The notes: generated by a model from the letters alone, not told the origin. 20,000 nucleotides of DNA from an uncultured virus (IMG/VR IMGVR_UViG_3300003086_000045) (IMGVR_UViG_3300003086_000045:57902-77901), one strand, 5' to 3'; positions 8,223 to 16,114 are shown, numbered from the stretch's first letter. Translations and numbers: made by a program.

Positions 8223-8241
8223 GGGGCATATTGCCCCTTTT
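8223..8241 (+). terminator. intrinsic terminator ggggca-tat-tgcccc-tttt
   Basis: GC stem with U tract on the + strand; abuts stop of paralog 4. Confidence 0.65.
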
Positions 8242-8243
8242 AT

Positions 8244-8561
8244 TTAAAGGTTATTAAACAGAAATTCCAAATCGCTCTTGGTGGCTTTCACCAAGGAGGA
8301 TATTGAGCTGAAATTCATAGATTGTTTTTCGGCAATCTTTTTAACCAAATCTTCTTTGGTGATAACAGGCAACCCCGATTTCGTTGTACGTTCCTTTTTC
8401 TGGTAAACGCCCTCTCTGGACAATTTAGCAATTAAAGACCTAGAAGATTTACCCGTACTATCAGCAAGGTCATTAACCGTTACCATTGTAGGATTTGCTG
8501 AATATTCCGCGATGATTTTAGCAGTTAATTCTTTAGAGTAGTTTTTATTTTTATCAGTCAT
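8244..8561 (-). CDS. T5 A2-like DNA-binding protein, paralog 4
   Basis: NYSKEL..YSANPTM..TGKSSRSLIAKLSREGVYQKK..TKSG..TKEDLV..SLVKATKSDL; GGAGG RBS. Confidence 0.72.
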   Translation of the reverse strand: MTDKNKNYSKELTAKIIAEYSANPTMVTVNDLADSTGKSSRSLIAKLSREGVYQKKERTTKSGLPVITKEDLVKKIAEKQSMNFSSISSLVKATKSDLEFLFNNL

Positions 8562-8609
8562 ATTGACCTCCCTTATTAGGTTAAGATTATTCTCAACCTT
8601 TATGTATAC

Positions 8610-8637
8610 ATTATATCATATTATATGAGTATGTCAA
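8610..8637 (-). promoter_or_regulatory. sigma70 promoter (16-bp spacer)
   Basis: attata 8610-15, tgtcaa 8632-37. Confidence 0.75.
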
Positions 8638-8673
8638 GCCTTTTTACCCCCTTTCTTTATGTGGGTATATGTA

Positions 8674-8702
8674 TTGACATTGTGTGCGTGGTAGTGTATA
8701 AT
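8674..8702 (+). promoter_or_regulatory. consensus sigma70 promoter with GC-rich discriminator, antisense to the exonuclease gene
   Basis: ttgaca 8674-79, N17, tataat 8697-8702, then tggcgcc. Confidence 0.8.
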
Positions 8703-8712
8703 TGGCGCCGCA

Positions 8713-8731
8713 AATGAGAATCATTCTCATT
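8713..8731. promoter_or_regulatory. Fur-box-like perfect palindrome AATGAGAATCATTCTCATT (second copy)
   Basis: identical 19-mer to 8195-8213; 10 bp downstream of the -10 box. Confidence 0.75.
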
Positions 8732-8743
8732 CGCATCGGGCGT

Positions 8744-9418
8744 CTAGGCTTTCGCCTGAGCCAATCTCCAAGGGCTACCGAATGGTTGGTTCAAAGGTTT
8801 CTTTACCCTTCTTTTTAGTAAGGTCTTTGCGATGTCTGCTTCGATATAACAATCATCAAGGGCAGTGTGGCTTTCTACAAAGTTAGGCAAATTGTGTAGA
8901 TAAGAAAAAGAAACTTCGGCTGATGTTTTTACATTACCTGCTTTAGTTATCATGCCATTAGCAGTAGCATATTTATGATATTTCTTTTTACTCAATAATG
9001 ATTGGCATGACCATAACCACAAATCCAGTGTGTCTTTAGTTTCTTCTAAAAAAGTATCATGCTTAGAGTATTTCTTTTGTGTTGCTTTAATCGCTCTCGT
9101 ATCAAAGCCAAGATTATATGCTGATACAATTTCGACATTATGCTCTTTAAATAAAGCATTGACATCACCTCGAATAGTATCCCAAGGTCGTATTCTCATG
9201 CTATCCATTAGCATAGAGTAATAACATTCAATCTTTTTAGAATAGTAAGCAGTTGCCATATGTTTAGGAATAAATACCTCTTTTACAAGACTTTCATATT
9301 CTGCTACAATCTCGCCTTTTTGTGTCATAATGACAACACCAAAATCATATATTTTCAAATCGCCAAATCCACCTGCTGTTTCTGTATCAATAATTGCTAT
9401 GTTTTTTATCTTTCCCAT
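8744..9418 (-). CDS. DEDDh 3'-5' exonuclease (DnaQ/RNase T-like)
   Basis: ExoI IIDTETAG, ExoII AYNLGFD, ExoIII HTALDD. Confidence 0.88.
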   Translation of the reverse strand: MGKIKNIAIIDTETAGGFGDLKIYDFGVVIMTQKGEIVAEYESLVKEVFIPKHMATAYYSKKIECYYSMLMDSMRIRPWDTIRGDVNALFKEHNVEIVSAYNLGFDTRAIKATQKKYSKHDTFLEETKDTLDLWLWSCQSLLSKKKYHKYATANGMITKAGNVKTSAEVSFSYLHNLPNFVESHTALDDCYIEADIAKTLLKRRVKKPLNQPFGSPWRLAQAKA

Positions 9419-9452
9419 TTTTTATCCTCTTTTTGTTGTTGTGTAAGTATAT

Positions 9453-9480
9453 ATTATAACAGGCTTTCGCCCTTTGTCAA
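9453..9480 (-). promoter_or_regulatory. sigma70 promoter (16-bp spacer) for the exonuclease
   Basis: attata 9453-58, tgtcaa 9475-80. Confidence 0.75.
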
Positions 9481-9484
9481 GTCT

Positions 9485-9736
9485 TTATAGCATAATAGTT
9501 GCTAATAAAATTCCGTTTCCAACCAAGCCGACAACATTACCAACTGTATATAATGTGTCATTAGTTGCTATTGACCTTACTAAGTATAGGGTTAATCCTA
9601 TCATAGTTAAAAGTATAGTTCCCATTGGAGTAGTTTCGCCATTCTCAAGAGATGACATAATCGCTGGAACGGAATTAAATTGTAAGCAACCTAATCCAAC
9701 CCAACCCATAATTTCTGCTGTTTTCTTGTTTAACAT
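9485..9736 (-). CDS. 3-TM membrane protein, SemiSWEET/PQ-loop-like
   Basis: 83 aa; GWVG...VPAI after TM1, IGLTLYLV TM2, ND loop, GN in TM3 resemble the SemiSWEET layout. Confidence 0.6.
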   Translation of the reverse strand: MLNKKTAEIMGWVGLGCLQFNSVPAIMSSLENGETTPMGTILLTMIGLTLYLVRSIATNDTLYTVGNVVGLVGNGILLATIML

Positions 9737-9787
9737 TAGTATTTCCTTATATAGTAGAAAGAAGTATTTCTTTCTTTGTATGTGTCT

Positions 9788-9815
9788 ATTATATCAGATT
9801 AATTCATCGTGTCAA
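9788..9815 (-). promoter_or_regulatory. sigma70 promoter (16-bp spacer)
   Basis: attata 9788-93, tgtcaa 9810-15. Confidence 0.75.
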
Positions 9816-9881
9816 GTATATATCGTGTTTATTTCGTAAATAAATGCTATTAATCCCCCTTAATAATTGTGGGTATTTTCC

Positions 9882-9910
9882 TTGACATTGTGTGCCTTGT
9901 ATGGTAAAAT
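9882..9910 (+). promoter_or_regulatory. sigma70 promoter TTGACA-N17-TAAAAT with cggcgc discriminator
   Basis: ttgaca 9882-87, taaaat 9905-10; shares ttgacattgtgtgc with the 8674 promoter. Confidence 0.75.
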
Positions 9911-9978
9911 CGGCGCAGACCTATATAAGTATATTATAATGTTCTAATATGCCCGCGGTGCGGTTTTGTGTGGGCGAT

Positions 9979-9999
9979 AAAAAACCCCTTTCGGGGTTT
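9979..9999 (-). terminator. intrinsic terminator of A2-like paralog 5
   Basis: minus strand AAACCCC-GAAA-GGGGTTTTTT; near-identical context to 7423-7452. Confidence 0.85.
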
Positions 10000-10011
10000 G
10001 GGTTTATCTCC

Positions 10012-10335
10012 CTATGTAATTGCAGTTAAAAGTGTTTGTAAGGCATATTTAGAAGCCTTAGTAAGCGAGGAGATTGAAGCCTCATCTACATCAGCCTTTG
10101 CTGATATTAGTTTAACAATATCAGCCTTAGTCTGAACAACAGCACCAGATTTTGTAGTGCGTGCCTTCTTTTTATATACGCCTTCCTTAGATAGTTTAGC
10201 GATTAAAGAGCGAACAGTCTTACCCGTAGTTTCAGCAAGGTCATTAACCGTTGCCATAGTTGGGTTAGCAGTATAGTCCGCAATGATTAGTTTAACCATT
10301 TCATCAGAGTAGTTCTTAGTAGTAGTAGTAGCCAT
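10012..10335 (-). CDS. T5 A2-like DNA-binding protein, paralog 5
   Basis: NYSDEMV..YTANPTM..TGKTVRSLIAKLSKEGVYKKK..TKSG..TKADIV..SLTKASKYAL. Confidence 0.72.
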   Translation of the reverse strand: MATTTTKNYSDEMVKLIIADYTANPTMATVNDLAETTGKTVRSLIAKLSKEGVYKKKARTTKSGAVVQTKADIVKLISAKADVDEASISSLTKASKYALQTLLTAIT

Positions 10336-10392
10336 ATTATGGTATCCTTATATAGTTATGGGTTTTGCGATATTGCTCAACCTCTAAAGACC

Positions 10393-10420
10393 ATTATACA
10401 GAAGCCTCAGAATAAGTCAA
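10393..10420 (-). promoter_or_regulatory. sigma70 promoter TTGACT-N16-TATAAT
   Basis: attata 10393-98, agtcaa 10415-20. Confidence 0.7.
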
Positions 10421-10598
10421 GCCTTTTATCACATTTAATTTAACTATTAGTATATCATAATATTATAATATAGGATAGGGGGCTAAGTAGACTTGCTGAA
10501 GTGCCTATCGCCCAGCGCCCCCCTCCATGTACTACTTACAAGAAAACCAAAAACGACTAACGGCGTATAGCAAAAAATAGCGATGCATAAAATAACTC

Positions 10599-10627
10599 TT
10601 GACAATTTCCCCAAAACTGGGTATAAT
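10599..10627 (+). promoter_or_regulatory. consensus sigma70 promoter
   Basis: ttgaca 10599-604, N17, tataat 10622-27. Confidence 0.85.
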
Positions 10628-10639
10628 ATAGAATATACA

Positions 10640-10709
10640 AAATTGAAAAACCAATATTGAAAATCCAATATTGTAAATTGAAAAACCAATATTGAAAATC
10701 CAATATTGT
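10640..10709. repeat. perfect 35-bp tandem duplication containing four CAATATTG palindromes
   Basis: aaattgaaaaaccaatattgaaaatccaatattgt at 10640-74 and 10675-709. Confidence 0.95.
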
Positions 10710-10722
10710 AAAAAGGAGATAT

Positions 10723-10986
10723 ATGGCACTAAACTTTGATGAAGCTACGGAAACTGTGGTAAGGAAGAAAAATACCTGGAGTTCCGCAGAGCAGGCATAT
10801 TTGAAGGACCGGGCATCTCATGGCATCGGTATTGGCACACTGGCCAAGATACTAGGACGTACCGAAGGTTCCGTGAGAGGAAAATGGTATCAAATTGCAG
10901 AAAAGTCGGTAGGGATGGAAGAAATTCAAAGAGAGTATGACAGACTTGTCGCTGCAGAAAGACTACCTCTAGAAGTTGATTACTAA
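10723..10986 (+). CDS. small HTH (Myb/GcrA-like) DNA-binding protein
   Basis: WSSAEQAYL...LAKILGRTEGSVRGK pattern; AAGGAG RBS. Confidence 0.75.
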   Translation: MALNFDEATETVVRKKNTWSSAEQAYLKDRASHGIGIGTLAKILGRTEGSVRGKWYQIAEKSVGMEEIQREYDRLVAAERLPLEVDY

Positions 10987-11005
10987 CCCCTATCAAAAAA
11001 ATTTC

Positions 11006-11034
11006 TTGACTTTTTGGTCAAAAGTGCGTATAAT
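11006..11034 (+). promoter_or_regulatory. sigma70 promoter TTGACT-N17-TATAAT
   Basis: ttgact 11006-11, tataat 11029-34. Confidence 0.8.
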
Positions 11035-11059
11035 GGATTAATAACATGGAGAAAGAAAT

Positions 11060-11518
11060 ATGCAAGAAACAAAGTTAGTTGCGATCTCTCCTGAAGCACT
11101 TGAGGTTGCAAACTGTTACTTACAAACTACTTCAGTAGATGATACTGCCAGCCGTTTAGGTATAGAAAAACAAGCCGTGACACAGTATTTACAAAAACGT
11201 GAGGTGAAAACCTATATTGACAACGTCTACATGGATATTGGGTATAGAAACAGGTTCACTTTAGCCTCAGCTCTTGACAAGGTCATAGAAGCGAAGCTAG
11301 AGGAAATGGATGAAACTGAAATGGGTTCCAATAAAGATATTGCGGACCTACTTGCTTTAGCGCACAAAATGCGTATGGACGAAGTAAAATGCGACATAGA
11401 CTCTAGGAAAGCTGAAGCAACACAAATACGAAACCAAACTAATGTACAGATAAATGATTCTGGGTTTGGTAAAGGCAATTACGGTAGCTTAATGAAAAAG
11501 CTACTTACATCAGAATGA
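11060..11518 (+). CDS. terS: T5-like terminase small subunit
   Basis: SPE..V...YLQ, EVKxY, GYRNR, LD.VI..KLEE..ET.MGS..DI.D.L..AHKM.M, NQTN.Q.N match T5 TerS as recalled. Confidence 0.8.
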   Translation: MQETKLVAISPEALEVANCYLQTTSVDDTASRLGIEKQAVTQYLQKREVKTYIDNVYMDIGYRNRFTLASALDKVIEAKLEEMDETEMGSNKDIADLLALAHKMRMDEVKCDIDSRKAEATQIRNQTNVQINDSGFGKGNYGSLMKKLLTSE

Positions 11519-11715
11519 GCGACGCGAATCATATGTTGGAAGATGAGTGGCTTCCAGGAATGTACAACAAGTGTTTAGAAGCACTTGATGATTTCGCTGA
11601 AATTGATGATTTAACAGAAGAAGAAATAGGGATTCAAAATTTATGTTCGACAGTAGTTTATTTATACAATAAGTGCTCGGACTTAGGTGTTCCTGCTGGT
11701 GAAACGGTTCACTAG
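11515..11715 (+). CDS. small acidic hypothetical protein
   Basis: ATGA overlap with terS stop. Confidence 0.6.
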   Translation: MSDANHMLEDEWLPGMYNKCLEALDDFAEIDDLTEEEIGIQNLCSTVVYLYNKCSDLGVPAGETVH

Positions 11716-11716
11716 A

Positions 11717-12148
11717 ATGTTTGGAATACCAACAGAAATAATTAGTATGGGAGCATCCACTCTTTTAGGAGCGTGGATAAAGATAAAAAGTCAGAAGTCT
11801 GCTGATAGAGCGGCTCAACACTTGCAACTAATCAATCGTCACTCCACTATAGAACAAGGAGTGCAGAACGCTAGACAAGATCAATCTTGGGGTACAGTTG
11901 CCACAAGAAGATTTATTGTGCTTTGTCTAATGACAATGGCGTTTGTAATATTAGCTGCACCATTCTTTGATATACCCACTAATGTTTTAGTCGAAAATCA
12001 ATACGGCGTAGACGTGTTTATATTCGACCTTACTTTTAAAGTAAAAGAATATGTAACTTTAAATGGTATGGTAGCCCCAGATTGGTTATCCTATGCAATA
12101 CTAAATGTAATAGGATTCTATTTTGGAGCTTCCGTAGCTAAACGATAA
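11717..12148 (+). CDS. membrane protein, possible holin-like; start MFGIPTEII
   Basis: hydrophobic segments FIVLCLMTMAFVILAAPFF and LSYAILNVIGFYFG; C-terminal IGFYFG seen in 3TM-holin-like phage proteins. Confidence 0.6.
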   Translation: MFGIPTEIISMGASTLLGAWIKIKSQKSADRAAQHLQLINRHSTIEQGVQNARQDQSWGTVATRRFIVLCLMTMAFVILAAPFFDIPTNVLVENQYGVDVFIFDLTFKVKEYVTLNGMVAPDWLSYAILNVIGFYFGASVAKR

Positions 12149-12158
12149 GGATTTTATC

Positions 12159-12398
12159 ATGCCAATGGATTCAGCAGATAAAGAGAGATTAATTCGGCTA
12201 GAGGAGAGAGTAAAAAGTATCCTCAACGATTTAAAGAGAATAGCGAGAAAGTTAGATAGAGTAGCAGAAGATATACAAGAAGCAGAGATGCTAGCCAGAA
12301 AAAACTCACTCACAGTATCAATGGGAGAAAAAGTTATATGGTTAGTCGCTTCAGGTGGTATCGGTGTACTACTTTGGTTTTTGGAGAGAAGCGTGTGA
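12159..12398 (+). CDS. coiled-coil protein with C-terminal TM anchor
   Basis: ERLIRLEERV heptads plus VIWLVASGGIGVLLWFL; AAGGA RBS. Confidence 0.7.
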   Translation: MPMDSADKERLIRLEERVKSILNDLKRIARKLDRVAEDIQEAEMLARKNSLTVSMGEKVIWLVASGGIGVLLWFLERSV

Positions 12399-12712
12399 GT
12401 TTAATAGAAGTGATAATGTTAGTATCCTTGATAGCTACAACAGCGCCATACGTTGCCCTACTTTGGGTGATAAGGCATTATAATAGGTATAGTTACGGGA
12501 TAATGGCAATTGCAATAACCATAGCAGCGATAGCAACTTGGAACAGTTTATGGACCGGGTGGGCTGGAGATAATCTGGCAATATTGGCAGGACGACCACA
12601 TTTAGCAACGCATAAAGTATGGTACGATGTACTAGTAATCTTTATGTCAGTAATGATAATAAAGTGCGGCATATCAGTTAGATATATTAAATCTAAGGTA
12701 TGTGACACATAA
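12395..12712 (+). CDS. multi-TM membrane protein (GTG start)
   Basis: GTGA overlap with the previous stop; three hydrophobic segments; GGAG RBS. Confidence 0.6.
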   Translation: MSLIEVIMLVSLIATTAPYVALLWVIRHYNRYSYGIMAIAITIAAIATWNSLWTGWAGDNLAILAGRPHLATHKVWYDVLVIFMSVMIIKCGISVRYIKSKVCDT

Positions 12713-12787
12713 TTTGGCGGTAGAAGTATTGGAGCGGTAGATTAAGTTCAAAGCACTCTATTTCTAAGTCTCTATAACGGAGATAGA

Positions 12788-14092
12788 ATGGCAGAAATAT
12801 ATAATACGCCTAATTTAGACGAATTAGAAAATGGGCCCTGGCCCTCATTTGTAACAGGAATGAAACGTTTAGCATCTAGTGACCACGATGGTGCTCCGAT
12901 GGTAAGAGACGTTTTAGCAACATTAGAGACATCGTACGTAACCAAGAAGGGTTACTGGAAAGGTGGCACAGTAGGTGTTATCGGATATGGTGGTGGAGTT
13001 ATCCCTCGCTTTAATGAACTGAAAGATGAAAACGGTGACTACAAATTTAAAGATGCGGGTGAGTTCCATACCTTAAGAATTCAACCGCCAGCAGGTATGC
13101 ACTATACTTCGGACCTGTTAAGAAGCTTATGTGATACATTCACAGATAACGGTGGTTCTGGCTTAATTGCCTTCCATGGTCAGTCTGGTGACATTATGTT
13201 TCAAGGTGCTACTGAAGATACAACACAAACAATTTTTAACGAATTGAATGACATTGGTTTTGATATGGGTGGAGCAGGTCCGGCAGTACGTACAGGGATG
13301 TCCTGTGTTGGTGCAGCTCGTTGTGAGATGTCAAACACAAATGAGCAAGCTGCTCTACGTACATTAGTCAATGCATTTCTAGACGATATGCACAGACCGG
13401 CATTACCTTACAAAATGAAGTTTAAGGTATCAGGATGTGCAAATGATTGTATGAACTCTATTGAACGTTCAGACTTTGCAACAATAGGTACTTGGAGAGA
13501 CGATATTAAAATCAACCAAGACTTGTGGAAAGCAATGGTTGCAGATAAAGGCTTGGACTATGTTCATGACAATATCACTAGTCGTTGCCCTACACAAGCT
13601 ATGACACTAAATGAGGATACGTCATTAACGATTGATAATAGGAACTGTGTTAAATGTATGCATTGTTTAAATGTAACGTCTCCTTTAACACATAAATACA
13701 TTACAAAAGATATGCCTACAGAAGCTATCTTAGCAACTGGTGACGATAAAGGCGTAACTATCTGTATGGGTGGTAAAAGAACCCTTAAGATTGGTGATCT
13801 ATTCGGTACAGTAGTTGTTCCATTTATGAAACTAGAAACACCGGAAGATTACGAGGCAATTGAAGAGTTAGCTAGTGAAGTAATTGACTTCTTCGCTGAG
13901 AATGCACTAGAACACGAAAGAACTGGTGAAATGATCGAACGTATAGGTATTGTGAACTTTATGGAAGGTATTGGCTTAAACGTTGATCCTAACATGATTG
14001 GTAGTCCTAGATATATGTCTTATGTAAGAATGGACAAGTGGGATGAAGAAGCAGTTGCTTGGTTCGAGAACAAAGCGGAGAAAGTAGCATGA
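12788..14092 (+). CDS. dsrA: reverse-type dissimilatory sulfite reductase alpha subunit (phage AMG)
   Basis: TPNLDELENGPWPSFV N-terminus; siroheme-[4Fe-4S] motifs CVGAARC and GCANDC; ferredoxin motif CP...CVKCMHC; GGKRTLKIGDL typical of sulfur oxidisers. Confidence 0.97.
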   Translation: MAEIYNTPNLDELENGPWPSFVTGMKRLASSDHDGAPMVRDVLATLETSYVTKKGYWKGGTVGVIGYGGGVIPRFNELKDENGDYKFKDAGEFHTLRIQPPAGMHYTSDLLRSLCDTFTDNGGSGLIAFHGQSGDIMFQGATEDTTQTIFNELNDIGFDMGGAGPAVRTGMSCVGAARCEMSNTNEQAALRTLVNAFLDDMHRPALPYKMKFKVSGCANDCMNSIERSDFATIGTWRDDIKINQDLWKAMVADKGLDYVHDNITSRCPTQAMTLNEDTSLTIDNRNCVKCMHCLNVTSPLTHKYITKDMPTEAILATGDDKGVTICMGGKRTLKIGDLFGTVVVPFMKLETPEDYEAIEELASEVIDFFAENALEHERTGEMIERIGIVNFMEGIGLNVDPNMIGSPRYMSYVRMDKWDEEAVAWFENKAEKVA

Positions 14093-14226
14093 TATCACCA
14101 ATATATAAAGTATTAATGGTGCTAACTTTCATAACACTACTAGCGGTTACACATAACGTAACTTTAGGATTGTTTGGAGTTGCACCTATGGGTCCTTACC
14201 ATAATAATCAAGCCGAGGTTGAGTAA
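14089..14226 (+). CDS. 45-aa hydrophobic peptide MISPIYKVLMVLTFITLLAVTHNVTLGLFGVAPMGPYHNNQAEVE
   Basis: ATGA overlap with dsrA stop, TAATG overlap with dsrC start; GGAG RBS. Confidence 0.65.
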   Translation: MISPIYKVLMVLTFITLLAVTHNVTLGLFGVAPMGPYHNNQAEVE

Positions 14227-14549
14227 TGGCTGAAATACATGGAGCACCAGTAGATGAAGAAGGTTTCTTAGTAAATCTTGGTGACTGGACAGAAGAAATA
14301 GCGTACAGTATGGCATCTGATGATGACATAGTTTTAACAGAGGAGCATTGGGATGTATTAAACTTCCTACGCAATTACTATGATGAATATCAAGTAGCAC
14401 CTGCTGTTAGGGTACTAACTAAACAAATCAAGAAAACTATGGGTAAAGATAAAGGTAACTCTAAATATCTTTATTCATTATTTCCTTATGGTCCTGGCAA
14501 ACAAGGTTGTAGGTTTGCGGGACTTCCTAAACCAACGGGGTGCATATAA
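14226..14549 (+). CDS. dsrC: DsrC sulfur carrier protein
   Basis: DEEGFL..W, LTEEHW, LFPYGP, C-terminal CRFAGLPKPTGCI with both conserved Cys. Confidence 0.95.
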   Translation: MAEIHGAPVDEEGFLVNLGDWTEEIAYSMASDDDIVLTEEHWDVLNFLRNYYDEYQVAPAVRVLTKQIKKTMGKDKGNSKYLYSLFPYGPGKQGCRFAGLPKPTGCI

Positions 14550-14606
14550 TGGAAGAGAATTATATGCCGAACTTTGAATGGCACAAGAATACTAACTGGA
14601 GATAGA

Positions 14607-14828
14607 ATGGCAAAGACCTTAGACGCTAGTGGATTAAATTGTCCGCTTCCGATTTTGAAAACCAAGAAAGCACTAAATAAAATGGACTCAGGAGAGATAC
14701 TAGAAGTTATTTCAACTGACGCAGGCTCAGTAAAAGATATTGAAGCCTTTTGTAGACAAACCGGGAATATACTAATGGGTACAGAAGAACTCAGCGGTAA
14801 GTATATTTTCACAATAGAAAGAGTATAA
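14607..14828 (+). CDS. tusA: TusA/SirA sulfurtransferase
   Basis: LDASGLNCPLPIL motif; GGAG RBS before ATG 14607. Confidence 0.92.
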   Translation: MAKTLDASGLNCPLPILKTKKALNKMDSGEILEVISTDAGSVKDIEAFCRQTGNILMGTEELSGKYIFTIERV

Positions 14829-14829
14829 G

Positions 14830-15768
<939 letters not shown>

Positions 15769-15769
<1 letters not shown>

Positions 15770-16113
15770 TGGATATGAAAGATATGTATGTACTAGAAAG
15801 AATTCAAGAACAAGTCGATAGCGCAGCAATTGTACTCTATATGAAGGGTACCCCACAGTTTCCACAATGTGGTTTCTCGGCTACCGCAGCAAAAACATTA
15901 GGAGCAACAGGAATAGGATTTTCATTTGTTAATATTTTTGAAGATCAGGAGGTTTTCCAGAATTTACCCAAATTTGCAGATTGGCCTACTTTCCCACAGA
16001 TTTACTTTAATTCAGAGTTAATGGGTGGTGGAGACATTATTGTAGATATGGCTGAGATGGGAACATTGCAAGCCGCTATGGAAGAGGCAGTAGATAAGTT
16101 CGAAAACAAGTAA
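15769..16113 (+). CDS. grxD: monothiol glutaredoxin Grx4
   Basis: MKGTPQFPQCGFS, WPTFPQ, GGGDII. Confidence 0.93.
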
Positions 16114-16114
16114 C

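Noticed and set aside
10483..10729. Minus-strand ORFs 10483..10689 and 10532..10729
   Set aside because: Open frames produced by the 35-bp repeat and promoter sequence
14226..14549. TusE rather than DsrC
   Set aside because: Both C-terminal cysteines are present and the gene is next to dsrA
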